A stretch of 64,000 nt of DNA. It comes from Candidatus Multivorans sp. (GTDB taxonomy: Bacteria > Acidobacteriota > Thermoanaerobaculia > Multivoradales > Multivoraceae). The position numbers and the translations under genes were made by a program. Position 1 is the first letter of the stretch. Each line of letters starts with the position of its first letter. The notes under the pieces were generated by a model. It did no database searches. It was not told where the DNA came from and saw only the letters and a list, made by a program, of their open reading frames with translations. Shown piece by piece: positions 49,166 through 59,279 of this stretch. The DNA is taken from assembly GCA_965247095.1 (NCBI GenBank), contig OZ251997.1, forward strand, positions 1,984,001-2,048,000. The letters are read 5' to 3'.

Positions 49166-50439
49166 GCGCCGGATCGGGCCGCTTCATCTTGGCAGCAGCT
49201 CGGCGGTTTCCGGAAGCCGCCCTGGTCGCCGTGGAGACGGACCCGCTCGCGATCCTGATCCTCAGGGCCAACGCGGAAGTCCTCGGTCTTTCGGGTCGGC
49301 TCACGATCGAAGAGACCGACTATCGCGACCTCTCCCTGCCTGCTATCGACGGAACGACTCTGTTCATCGGCAACCCGCCATACGTCCGACACCATCGCAT
49401 CGACGCCGAATGGAAGAACTGGTTCGCCAACACCGCGGCCAACCACGGGCTGCGAGCGAGCAAGCTGGCCGGGCTCCATATTCACTTCTTCGTCAAGAGC
49501 CTGGAACTGGCCCGCCCCGGCGACTACGGCGCCTACATCACCGCCGCGGAGTGGCTCGACGTGAACTACGGTTCGGTGCTTCGCCACGCGCTGGCCGACG
49601 GCTTGGGCGGTCTGGCTCTCCACCTTCTCTCACCGACTGCCGCGCCGTTCCCCGACGCGCTGACCTCGGCCGCCATCACCTGCTGGGAGGCCGGCCACCA
49701 CGGCTCTTCCGTCGCGGTCCGAACAATCGAAGGCCCCGATCAACTCGACGGGCTGCGGTCACGTCGCTCGGTGCCCTGGACCACGCTCAGAAGGGCGCAT
49801 CGCTGGTCAACGATCATCAGACCATGCGACCCGAGGCGCGGCGGCGCAATCGAACTCGGTGAGATCTGCCGTGTTCACCGGGGGCAGGTCACCGGGAGCA
49901 ACGCGGTCTGGGTCACCGGCAAGTACGACGGCGACCTGCCCTCGAATGTCCTGTTCCCATCCGTCACCCGAGCACGAGAGTTGTTCTCGGCCGGCGCCGC
50001 TCTTACTTCGGCCGAGCACCTGCGCCAAGTCGTCGATCTGCCGCGTGACCTCGACAGCCTCAAGCCTTCGGCCCGCCACCTCGTCGACAGGTTCCTGCAC
50101 TGGGCACAGGACCAGGGTGCTCACGAGACCTACATCGCTCGCCACCGCCGCCCTTGGTGGACGGTCGGTCTACGATCGCCGGCGCCGATTCTCTGCACCT
50201 ACATGGCCCGCCGGCCTCCGGCCTTCGTGAGGAATCGTTGCGGCGCACGCCACATCAACGTCGCCCACGGGCTGTACCCCCGAGAGGAGCTACCCGACGC
50301 TCAACTGACCAACCTCACGGCATGGCTCAACCGCAACGTCGGCACCGAGCAGGGGCGCACCTACGCGGAAGGCCTGACGAAGTTCGAGCCCAAGGAAGTC
50401 GAGCGGATCCTGATTCCGAGGCTGGAAGACTTCGGATGA
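49166..50439 (+). pseudogene. XamI-type N6-adenine DNA methyltransferase, 5'-truncated
   Basis: GAGSGRF lacks the preceding DP and any start codon. GNPPY, WLDVNYG and GLTKFEPKE are present. Confidence 0.75.
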
Positions 50440-51290
50440 TCGAACCGCGGCGGTGGACCCTCGCCGAGCTTGAACGAGATGCGGAAGAGGCTACGTCCCT
50501 CTTCCGCGAAGAGCGCCTCAAGGAGTCGCTGAACCAGTACTCCGACTTCTTCGAACACTTCTCGACCGTCTTCCGAGAACTCGTCGACCGCCTACCTGCC
50601 CTTGCGCACGCAGAGAACTCCGCGCACGCAATCATCGAGATTCTCAGCGAGGACGACGCGCGGACTGCTCTTCGCTACCTCGCGGCACCCCTGGTGTCCG
50701 ACGACGACCTGAAGACCCTCGCCGAGACCAAGCTCTCCGCCACGGCCCTGCGGAACACGCCCGAGAACGCCCACCGCGTAGCCGCCCTCGTCCTTCGCCT
50801 CATCGACCCCCACCGCTTCCCCTGGATCGCCGAGAACCGCCTACCAACGAGCGACGAGGTCGAGCGGGCAGTGGTTGCCTCCGCAGCGCTCGTAGCGACG
50901 CAGAAGGTATCCACCTCCCGCCGGAGCGCCAGCAAGGTCCAAGAAGACGCCGTCAAGGACGTCCTCCGCTCCTGCGGCTTCATCGAAGACCCTTCCCGAC
51001 CCGACATTGAGACTCTCGTGGATGCCCCGGCGTCGAACCACTTCCGAGGCGAGAGCAAACTCGGCCGAACAAAGGCCGACATCGTCGCCCGCCTCCCCGA
51101 TCAGCGACTGCTGGCGATCGAGTGCAAGGTATCGAACAGCGCCGTGAACTCCTACAAGCGCGTGAACCACGAGGCCGTTGGCAAGGCACGGTCGTGGCTG
51201 TCCGACTTCGGCAGACGCCAGATCGTCCCGGCGGCCGTTCTCAGTGGCGTCTTCAAACCCGCGAACCTGGCTACAGCGCAAGATGAAGTC
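50436..51290 (+). pseudogene. XamI-family restriction endonuclease, apparently 3'-truncated
   Basis: ATGA overlap. IDPHRFPW and KADIV...LAIECKVSNSAVNSYKRVNHE, AVLSGVF. After LATAQDE the frame runs into unrelated sequence to stop 51725. Confidence 0.78.
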
Positions 51291-51399
51291 TTGCACTCTT
51301 CTGGGCTTTCGGGCAAGCGGGATCCTGCTACGAAGGGTCGGTTCGATCAAGCCGCGACACGAATTCAGATTCTCGCGTGGCTCTACTGCTGCCAAACAC

Positions 51400-51991
51400 T
51401 CCTGGAGGGGTCTTCAGTGTTGCCGACCGAGTTGCATCTTCCGGGGCGCCGCACATTTCAGCTCCAGGACATTCACGTCGGCGCAGCCAAGACGTTTGGT
51501 GTCCAGCTTGCATGGAACAAGCCATGTTTCCTGTGCGTCAGCGCGGCGCGGACGCCGCGACTCGACTTGCATGGAACAAGCCATGTTTCCTGTGCGTCAG
51601 CGCGGCGCGGACGCCGCGACTCGACTCCTATCGGTGATGGCGATGGAGTTGGCATTGAAACTAGGAATCGAGCAAGAGAAGGGAACCCCCTGCTCCAAGC
51701 GGACGCGACGCCCACGATCTACTGAAGCTGGCCAAGAGCTTGCCAACAGACCGTCTCAAGAAGATGGACGAGTACTTCAGGGAGTACTTGGTCGAACAGG
51801 GGCGAAACCACCAGGGGATCATGGATGTCATCAAGAGAGAACGAAACGCGTTTGTCCATTGGCGATACGTTGCGGAGCTGACTCCGACATGGCAAACGGG
51901 CAGCATCGAGACTGATGCCGTCGTGCTTTACGGCGCGGCGCTGTGTACTGCGATGACGTGTTTTCGGAATCCAGCCGGTAGTAAGTCGTAG
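51400..51991 (+). pseudogene. fragmented HEPN-like protein gene
   Basis: Fragments LLSVMAMELALKLGIE and ERNAFVHWRY lie in different frames. 5' boundary approximate. Confidence 0.45.
51507..51626. repeat. exact 59-bp tandem duplication
   Basis: CTTGCATGGAACAAGCCATGTTTCCTGTGCGTCAGCGCGGCGCGGACGCCGCGACTCGA at 51507 and again at 51566. Confidence 0.92.
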
Positions 51992-52091
51992 GCCGACGTA
52001 CCAAGCTGAGCGTGGCTGACGAGATTCCTCGACGACGTCCAGCCTGGCTGGGGCTCGGCGGGTACCGCCGATGCGGGTGTCACCGCCGCAG

Positions 52092-55000
52092 CTACACCGC
52101 CGGCAGCAGCCGGCTGACGCGGTAGCCGTCGGGGTCCTTCTCGAAGCCGCAGGCGTCGAGGGTCGGAGCCCACGAAGATTCGGCGGCCGGTCGGCCGTCG
52201 ATCCGCAGGAGCCGCAGGAACCGCCGCCGACGGCGGCCGGCGAGGTCGCGCAGCGCGGCCCAGGCCTCCTGCGGGGCCGGGTCGCCGCCGAGCGCCGCGA
52301 ACGTCCAGACGCCCTGGCCGCCGGCTTCGAGGTACAGGCACGGCGTGCCGGCGCGCAGCACGAGCCAGGCACGGGGAATGCGCCGGGGACCGGCTCTGCG
52401 CGGGTCGGCTTCCGACCCGAGCTGAGGCCAGGACATCACGGCGCCCCAGGGGTTCGCCGGGTCGACCGCGGGAAGGATCTCGATCGGCCCTCCATGCGCC
52501 GGTGCCCGCCGCTGGCGCCGTAGACGCTCGACAGCAGCCGGAAGAGCGAACTGCCGGCCGGCCAGACCGTGGACGAAGTAGCCGCGGCGGAGGTGGCCGA
52601 CCTCTTCCATCTCGCGCAGTACCGGGTAAATCGCCTCGAACCCGCCCGGGATGCCCTCGGCCCTGGCCGTCTCCGCCGCAACGACGCCGTACCGGTCGAG
52701 CAGCATGGTGGCCGTCGCGTGAGCCCACTGGGTGTGGCCGATCGTTTCGTTCGACACCGCCAGATCGGCGACCAGGGACCAGCGGCCGCCGGCCAGGGTC
52801 GCGGCGCGGCCACGCCGGGCGCCGGATGGTTGGCTGCGGACACCGCCGAAAGGCATGCCGGCCCCCGGTCCGCGGCGCCAACCACGCGGAAGCCCGCGCG
52901 ACCGACGTTCGACCGCGGGACGCCCGCGCTTCCCAAGCGACGCGAGCGGCAGGAAGGTGTCGTTCGTGATCCGCCCCGCCCACACCAGCTCCCAGATCGC
53001 GCCCTCGACCTCCGTCTCACCCCAGTCACCCGCACCGACCACGCCGCGCACGAGGTCGAAGGTGAAGCAGGCGCCGCGCGTCTCCAGTCGCGAAAGGACG
53101 GCCCGGTGCAGCACTCCGGTCCACTGCTCTTCCGGTTCGCGACCGTTCTCGCCGTCGGATTGACCGCCCGCGCCCGGCTCTCGGAGAGCGCGAGCCAGCG
53201 ATCCAACGCGATCCCGCCGGTAGACCGCCACCCTGCCGTCCCGTGCCCCCAACCGGCCGCGACCGACCCAGACGATTTCGCCCGCCGCCGCCAGGCGATC
53301 GAGCATCTCAACCCGGAAGCCGGGCACCCGGGACGGCAGGATGTGGTCGACCAGAGTCCGCCATGACAGCGGCAGCCCTTCGAGCTGGGCGACCGCCTCT
53401 TCGAGTCGACCAAGGGCACGATCCGAAACCGCGGACGTACCTGCCGTCGGCACCCGCGATCGCGACGCCGTCCGGCTCTCCCCGCCGGCCGCTGCGTCAA
53501 CCCCCTGCCAGCGACCGAGAAACCTCGCCAGGGCCGCGCCGTCGACCGGTTCCGCCTCCCGGCGCAGCTTCGCCAGGGTGCGGCGCTTGATCTGCCGCAG
53601 CACCTCCCGGTCGCACCATTCGCCGCCGTCAATCCCGGCCCGGAACTCGCCGCGGACGAGTGAGCCGGCTTCTTCGAGCCCCGCGAGCACCGGTCCGATC
53701 GCACCCTGAGGCAGATCGAAGCGCGCCGCCGCATCGGCGCTCCCAAAAGGGCCCCTGCCGCCCGCGTATCGGCCCACAAGTGCTTCGAGCGGCGCCTCCC
53801 GAGGCGCCAGCAAATCGGCGGGCAGTCCCTCCGGCAGAGGCGCGTCCAGGCCGTCGCGGTAGAGAGCCGCGTCTTCCGTCGCCACCCAGATGCGCTGCCC
53901 GCCAGCGCCCAACTCGACCTCGACCGCACGCTTCTGCCGTTCCAGCTCCGCCAGCCAGTCGCCGGCGTCGCCCGGCCCGCGCTCGTCGACTTCGGCCCGG
54001 GTCAGACCGCCGGTGCGCCGCAGCAGGTCGTAGAGATCGTCTTCGTGGCGCAGCCTCCGGTCCGGCGCCAGCCCCTGCAGCTCATCCTCGACTGTCTGGA
54101 TGACCTCCGGGTCGAGCAGCTCCTTGAGGCTGACCGTGCCGAGCAGCTCGCGCAGCAGCTCCCGGTCGAGCGTGAGCGCCTGCGCGCGCCGCTCCGCCGC
54201 CGGCGCATCGTCGTCGTAGAGGAACCTCTCCTCGTACGCGAAGACCAGGGAGCGGGCGAAGGGCGACGGCGCCGGCGTCTCCACGTCGTCGATCCGGACG
54301 TCCCCGTCCTCGATCCTTCTCATCAGGTCCACGAGGCCGGACAGGTCGAAGAGATCGCTCATGCATTCGCGGTAGGTCTCAAGCAGCACCGGGAAGTCCG
54401 GGTAGCGGCGGACGACGGAGAGCAGGTTCTTCGAGCGCTGCCGCTGCTGCCACAGCGGCGTGCGCTTACCCGGCCGGTTGCGCGGCAGGAGCAGGGCGCG
54501 GGCGGCGTTCTCGCGGAAACGGCTCGCGAACATCGGCGTGGACGCGACCTGTTCGACCACCAGGTCCTCGACCTCACAGGCATCGAGCAGGAACTCGCGC
54601 GCCGGGGGCAGATCACCCGCGTCGGCGAAGCGGAGCGCGATGCCATCGTCCGTCCACAGGGTCTGGACCTGAAAACCGTAGCGCTCGCCGATCCGCCGCT
54701 CCAGCGCCATCGCCCATGGTGCGTGGATACGGGCGCCGAAGGGCGTCAGGATGCAGACCCTCCAATCGCCGATCTCGTCCCGGAACCGCTCGATCGTCAC
54801 CGCCCGGTCGGTTGGCAGGGTGCCGGTCTGATCCCGCTGCTCCTCGACGTAGGCGCAGAGGTTCGCGGCGGCGTAGGGGTCGAGCGGCGCCTCCCCGGCC
54901 AGCCAGCGGCGAGCGTCCTCTCCCTCCCGGCGGCCGAGTTCGCGCAGGAACGCACCCAACGCCTGGCCCAGTTCCACCGGCCGGCCCGGACCGTCGCCGT

Positions 55001-56825
55001 GCCAGAAGGGCATCCGACCCGGTTCGCCGGGAGCGGGCCGCACGATGACCCGGTCGCGGGTGATCTCGGTCACCCGCCAGGCCGAGGCGCCGAGCAGGAA
55101 GGTGTCCCCGGCACGGGACTCGTAGACCATCTCCTCGTCCAGCTCGCCGAGTCGCGGTCCGTCGGGCCCGAGGTGGACGGTGAACATGCCGCGGTCGGGA
55201 ATCGTGCCGGCGTTCATCCGCACGAGCAGGGCGGCCCCGCGCCGGGCCGTCAACACGCCGCGTCCGCGGTCCCATGACAGGCGCGGCCGCAGGTCGGCGA
55301 ACTCCTCCGAGGGATAGCGGCCGACCAGCATGTCGAGCACCGCGGTGAGCACGCCGCGGGTGAGGCCGCGGTACGGGCGAGCCCGCCGCGCCACGGCGAG
55401 GAGATCGTCGACGCTCCGCTCCCGGTCGCAGCACATCGCCACGACCTGCTGCGCCAGCACGTCGAGCGGGTTCTCGGGCATCCGCATCGACTCGATCGCG
55501 CCGCGCTGCATCTGGATCGCGGTCACGGTGCACTCCAGCAGGTCGCCGCGGAACTTGGGGAAGATCAGGCCGCGGCTGCGCTCGCCGACCGCGTGACCGG
55601 CGCGGCCCACGCGCTGGAGGCCGCGCGCGGTCGAGCCGGGCGCCTCGACCAGCAGCACCAGGTCGACCGCGCCCATGTCGATCCCCAGCTCGAGTGAGCT
55701 CGTGGCGACGATGCAGCGCAGGCGACCGGCCTTGAGCGCCCCTTCGATCTCCCGCCGCTGGTCGTGGGAGATGCTGCCGTGGTGTGCGCGGGCCAGCGGT
55801 GCCATCCCCGCGCCCGATGACGGGCGCAGGGACTGGTTCGCGGTTGACGCGGGGACGCGCCAACCGGGTGCCGGGCCATTGGCCGCTTCGCCGGAGTCGT
55901 CGGCGCCGGCGTCGTCACCTGGTCGGTCGTCCAGGGCCGCCAGGTCGTTCAACCGCTGCGCGAGCCGCTCGCAGAGGGAGCGGCTGTTGACGAACACGAT
56001 CGTCGACCGGTGGCGCCTGACCGCATCCAGGATCCGCGGAAAGACCGACGGCCATAAGCCGGACGTCTCAAACCCGGGCGGCGCCTCCATGTCCGGCACC
56101 GGCACCACCACCTGCAGGTCGATGTTCGGCGGCGCCGATGCGTCCACGACCTCCACCGGCCGGTCGCCGCCGAGGAACTCAGCGGCCAGGTCCATCGGCC
56201 GCACGGTGGCCGACAGGCCGATCCGCTGCGGTCCCTCCCCGCCCGTCAGCTCGGCCAACCGCTCGAGCGACAGGGCCAGGTGAGCGCCGCGTTTGGTCGC
56301 CACCATGGTGTGGACCTCGTCGACGATCACGGTCTCGACCGTGCGCAGGTTCGCGGCCGCCTGCGACGCGAGGATGAGGAACAGCGACTCCGGAGTCGTG
56401 ACCAGGATCTCGCCGGGACGCCGCAGTTGACGGCGGCGCTCCTGGGGCGTCGTGTCGCCGGTCCGCACGTCGACGGTCACCGGCCGTACCGGAACGCCTG
56501 ATTTGCGGGCGCTGCGGCGCACGCCGACCAGCGGCGCCTCCAGGTTCCGGTCGATGTCGTAGACAAGGGCCTTCAGCGGCGAGACGTAGAGGACGCGGAC
56601 GCCCGGCTCACGGGTGACGCCCTCTTCACACTCCTGCGGCTGCTCGAAGCTCAGGCGGTCGATCGCCCACAGGAAGGCGGCAAGCGTCTTGCCGTTCCCG
56701 GTCGGCGCCACCAGCAGCGCATTCCGGCCGCGGGTCAGCACCGGCCAGCCGAGTTCCTGCACCCGGGTCGGGCCGGGGAACGAGTCCGCGAACCACCTGC
56801 GCACCGGCTGGGAGAACGAGTCCAT
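52092..56825 (-). CDS. lhr: Lhr-family ATP-dependent DEAD/H helicase (long form with C-terminal winged-helix domain)
   Basis: APTGNGKT, DEVH, SAT, HHGS, SSLELGIDMG, QRVGRAGH, GELDEEMV and C-terminal AVDPANPWG. Confidence 0.93.
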   Translation of the reverse strand: MDSFSQPVRRWFADSFPGPTRVQELGWPVLTRGRNALLVAPTGNGKTLAAFLWAIDRLSFEQPQECEEGVTREPGVRVLYVSPLKALVYDIDRNLEAPLVGVRRSARKSGVPVRPVTVDVRTGDTTPQERRRQLRRPGEILVTTPESLFLILASQAAANLRTVETVIVDEVHTMVATKRGAHLALSLERLAELTGGEGPQRIGLSATVRPMDLAAEFLGGDRPVEVVDASAPPNIDLQVVVPVPDMEAPPGFETSGLWPSVFPRILDAVRRHRSTIVFVNSRSLCERLAQRLNDLAALDDRPGDDAGADDSGEAANGPAPGWRVPASTANQSLRPSSGAGMAPLARAHHGSISHDQRREIEGALKAGRLRCIVATSSLELGIDMGAVDLVLLVEAPGSTARGLQRVGRAGHAVGERSRGLIFPKFRGDLLECTVTAIQMQRGAIESMRMPENPLDVLAQQVVAMCCDRERSVDDLLAVARRARPYRGLTRGVLTAVLDMLVGRYPSEEFADLRPRLSWDRGRGVLTARRGAALLVRMNAGTIPDRGMFTVHLGPDGPRLGELDEEMVYESRAGDTFLLGASAWRVTEITRDRVIVRPAPGEPGRMPFWHGDGPGRPVELGQALGAFLRELGRREGEDARRWLAGEAPLDPYAAANLCAYVEEQRDQTGTLPTDRAVTIERFRDEIGDWRVCILTPFGARIHAPWAMALERRIGERYGFQVQTLWTDDGIALRFADAGDLPPAREFLLDACEVEDLVVEQVASTPMFASRFRENAARALLLPRNRPGKRTPLWQQRQRSKNLLSVVRRYPDFPVLLETYRECMSDLFDLSGLVDLMRRIEDGDVRIDDVETPAPSPFARSLVFAYEERFLYDDDAPAAERRAQALTLDRELLRELLGTVSLKELLDPEVIQTVEDELQGLAPDRRLRHEDDLYDLLRRTGGLTRAEVDERGPGDAGDWLAELERQKRAVEVELGAGGQRIWVATEDAALYRDGLDAPLPEGLPADLLAPREAPLEALVGRYAGGRGPFGSADAAARFDLPQGAIGPVLAGLEEAGSLVRGEFRAGIDGGEWCDREVLRQIKRRTLAKLRREAEPVDGAALARFLGRWQGVDAAAGGESRTASRSRVPTAGTSAVSDRALGRLEEAVAQLEGLPLSWRTLVDHILPSRVPGFRVEMLDRLAAAGEIVWVGRGRLGARDGRVAVYRRDRVGSLARALREPGAGGQSDGENGREPEEQWTGVLHRAVLSRLETRGACFTFDLVRGVVGAGDWGETEVEGAIWELVWAGRITNDTFLPLASLGKRGRPAVERRSRGLPRGWRRGPGAGMPFGGVRSQPSGARRGRAATLAGGRWSLVADLAVSNETIGHTQWAHATATMLLDRYGVVAAETARAEGIPGGFEAIYPVLREMEEVGHLRRGYFVHGLAGRQFALPAAVERLRRQRRAPAHGGPIEILPAVDPANPWGAVMSWPQLGSEADPRRAGPRRIPRAWLVLRAGTPCLYLEAGGQGVWTFAALGGDPAPQEAWAALRDLAGRRRRRFLRLLRIDGRPAAESSWAPTLDACGFEKDPDGYRVSRLLPAV

Positions 56826-56928
56826 GGGGCATCCTACGCACGGCACCGTCCGGGCCCGCCAGATCCTGGCTGTTACTCTCGACGGCCCGTCTGAAGACCC
56901 GAACGAGCGACCGTCGAGACTCCTAGCG

Positions 56929-57240
56929 TTGGCCCACCACGACCACAGGAAGCACGGCAAGACCTGGTGGCTCGACGACAAGCGGAACGTCGCCAAGGTC
57001 TTCTACATCCTGATCGGGGTCGATGCCCTGTGGTTGCTGGCGGACTTCATCCACCACAAGCACTCGGAGTGGAGCACGCTGGAGGGCCGGCTCCACGAGT
57101 TCGACGCCTGGGTCGGCTTCTTCCCGCTCTACGGCTTCGTCGGCGCGTTCCTGCTAGTGCTGGCCGCGAAGCAGATGCGCCGGGTGCTGATGCGCCCCGA
57201 GGACTACTACGAGCGCCGGGGCGGCGGCAAGGACTCCTGA
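56929..57240 (+). CDS. small membrane protein of Mrp-type antiporter clusters
   Basis: WLDDKRNV...GFFPLYGFVG...LMRPEDYYE; 2 TM helices; TTG start inferred. Confidence 0.7.
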   Translation: MAHHDHRKHGKTWWLDDKRNVAKVFYILIGVDALWLLADFIHHKHSEWSTLEGRLHEFDAWVGFFPLYGFVGAFLLVLAAKQMRRVLMRPEDYYERRGGGKDS

Positions 57241-57246
57241 TCGCCG

Positions 57247-59004
57247 ATGCTCGAGTTCCTGCTGTCACCGCCCCTGTTGCTGATGCTCGGCAGCGTGGCT
57301 CTGGCCGCGGCGCCGCGCTCGGTGATGCCCCAGACAGTTCGGCGGGCCCTGTTGCTGGCGCTGCCGGTCTATTCGCTGTGGCGGTTCTGGGGCCTCGAAC
57401 CCGGCAGCTACGCCCAGTTCGATCTCTTCGGGCAGACCCTGACGCTGATGCGGGTCGACAAGCTGAGCCGCGTCTTCGCAGTCATCTTCCATCTCGCGGC
57501 ATTCATCGGCAGCATCTACTCGCTCTACGTCAAGGACAACTTCCAGCCGCTGGTCGGGGTGTTCTATGCCGGATCGGCCCTTGGCGTGGTCCTCGCCGGC
57601 GACCTCTGGACCCTGTTCCTGTTCTGGGAGGTGGCGGCGGTGTCGTCGGCGCTCCTGGTCTGGGTCCGTCGCGACGGCCGGGCTCTCGCGGCGGGCCTGC
57701 GCTATCTCGGCATGCAGATGGTCTCGGGGGTCCTGCTACTGGCAGGCATCGTCCTGCTGCGCCACGACCTGGGCGCGGCGCCCGGCTGGTCCGAGTTCCG
57801 CAATCTCACGGGCTTGCTCGAGGATGGCGGCATCGGCTTCGCCAACCTGGCGCCGACCCTGATTCTCGTCGCCTTCGGCCTCAAGGCGGCCTTCCCGCTG
57901 CTCCACAGTTGGCTGATCGACGCCTACCCCGAGTCGACGCCGGCCGGGGGCGTGTTCCTCTCGGCCTTCACCACCAAGTTCGCGATCTACGCCCTGGCGC
58001 GCGCGTTTCCGGGCCAGTCCGAGCTGATCTGGATCGGGGCCGTGATGACCGCCTTCCCGATCTTCTTTGCGGTGATCGAGAACGACCTGCGCCGGGTTCT
58101 GGCCTACAGCATGACGAACCAGCTCGGCTTCATGGTCGTCGGCATCGGCATCGGCACCCAGTTGGCGATCAACGGCGCCGTTGCCCACGCGTTCGCCGAC
58201 ATCCTGTTCAAGGGGCTGCTGTTCATGGCCATGGGCGCGGTGCTCTACCGGGTCGGCCACGTGAACGGCTCCGACCTCGGCGGGCTCTACAAGTCGATGC
58301 CGATCACGACCGGTCTGTGCATCATCGGCGCCGCCTCCATCTCGGCCTTCCCGCTGTTCTCCGCCTTCGCCACCAAGTCCCTCATCATGAGCGCCGCGTC
58401 CCACGAGGGGTATCTGGTGCTATGGCTGGTGCTGCTCTTCGCCTCCGCCGGCGTCTTCCACCATGCCGGCATCAAGATCCCGTTCTTCGCCTTCTTCCAC
58501 CACGACGCAGGACACCGCTGCAAGGAGGCGCCGCGGTCCATGCTCGTCGCGATGGTGCTGGCGGCCGTCGGGAGCATGACGATCGGATTGAGACCGAGCC
58601 TCCTCTACGGGCTCCTGCCCTACGCGGTCGACTACGCGCCGTATACCTCGACACACGTCATCACCCAGAGCCAACTCTTGTTCTTCTCGGCCCTCGCCTT
58701 CGCGACGCTCCTGCGTACCGGCCTCTACCCGCCGGAACTACGCTCGGTGAACCTCGACGCCGACTGGTTCTACCGTCGGGTCGGTTACCGCCTCTGGGAG
58801 GGCACGGCCACGGCGTTCGTCGCCCTGCACCGGGCCGGATACTCGGCCGCAGGCCGTCTCGCCGCGACCGCCCTGGCCATGGCGCAACGCCACCTGGGCC
58901 CGCAGGGACTGCTCGGCCGTTCCTGGCTCACCGCTTCGATGACGCTCTGGGTCGCCCTGCTGCTTGCCGCGTACCTCGTCGTCTTCTACTGGCGGCTGGG
59001 CTAG
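57247..59004 (+). CDS. Na+/H+ antiporter subunit D-like (Mrp/complex I proton-conducting membrane subunit)
   Basis: Motifs FWEV, LHSWLIDAYPE, AFTTK, LRRVLAYS and HAFADILFKGLLFM. Confidence 0.88.
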   Translation: MLEFLLSPPLLLMLGSVALAAAPRSVMPQTVRRALLLALPVYSLWRFWGLEPGSYAQFDLFGQTLTLMRVDKLSRVFAVIFHLAAFIGSIYSLYVKDNFQPLVGVFYAGSALGVVLAGDLWTLFLFWEVAAVSSALLVWVRRDGRALAAGLRYLGMQMVSGVLLLAGIVLLRHDLGAAPGWSEFRNLTGLLEDGGIGFANLAPTLILVAFGLKAAFPLLHSWLIDAYPESTPAGGVFLSAFTTKFAIYALARAFPGQSELIWIGAVMTAFPIFFAVIENDLRRVLAYSMTNQLGFMVVGIGIGTQLAINGAVAHAFADILFKGLLFMAMGAVLYRVGHVNGSDLGGLYKSMPITTGLCIIGAASISAFPLFSAFATKSLIMSAASHEGYLVLWLVLLFASAGVFHHAGIKIPFFAFFHHDAGHRCKEAPRSMLVAMVLAAVGSMTIGLRPSLLYGLLPYAVDYAPYTSTHVITQSQLLFFSALAFATLLRTGLYPPELRSVNLDADWFYRRVGYRLWEGTATAFVALHRAGYSAAGRLAATALAMAQRHLGPQGLLGRSWLTASMTLWVALLLAAYLVVFYWRLG

Positions 59005-59147
59005 TTTAGGTCGCGTACTCGCCGACGATCCGAGGCCGCTCAGATACGGCCAGGTTCTTCGGCAGTCTTTTCCAATAGAGAAATGAGCGTGGAACGGAGG
59101 CGGTAGAGAGGGTTCGCTGGCGGTCAGTTCAGGGGTGGTTTCTGGAA

Positions 59148-59175
59148 GCGGCAGACGGTTCCGACCGTCTGCCGC
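59148..59175. terminator. hairpin downstream of the transposase
   Basis: GCGGCAGACGG-TTCCGA-CCGTCTGCCGC, an 11-bp stem. Confidence 0.5.
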
Positions 59176-59279
59176 CTAACGGTAGCGCGCTTGGCAGGTG
59201 GTAAGGGTGGTCGGCTGGACGGGCGGGTGTTTGGAGTTGGCGGTTGTGGTCGGTGTAGGGCATCGGCTTCGGGGTCGGT

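Noticed and set aside
51507-51626. CRISPR or attachment site
   Set aside because: Two abutting copies with no spacer and no integrase nearby; a simple duplication.
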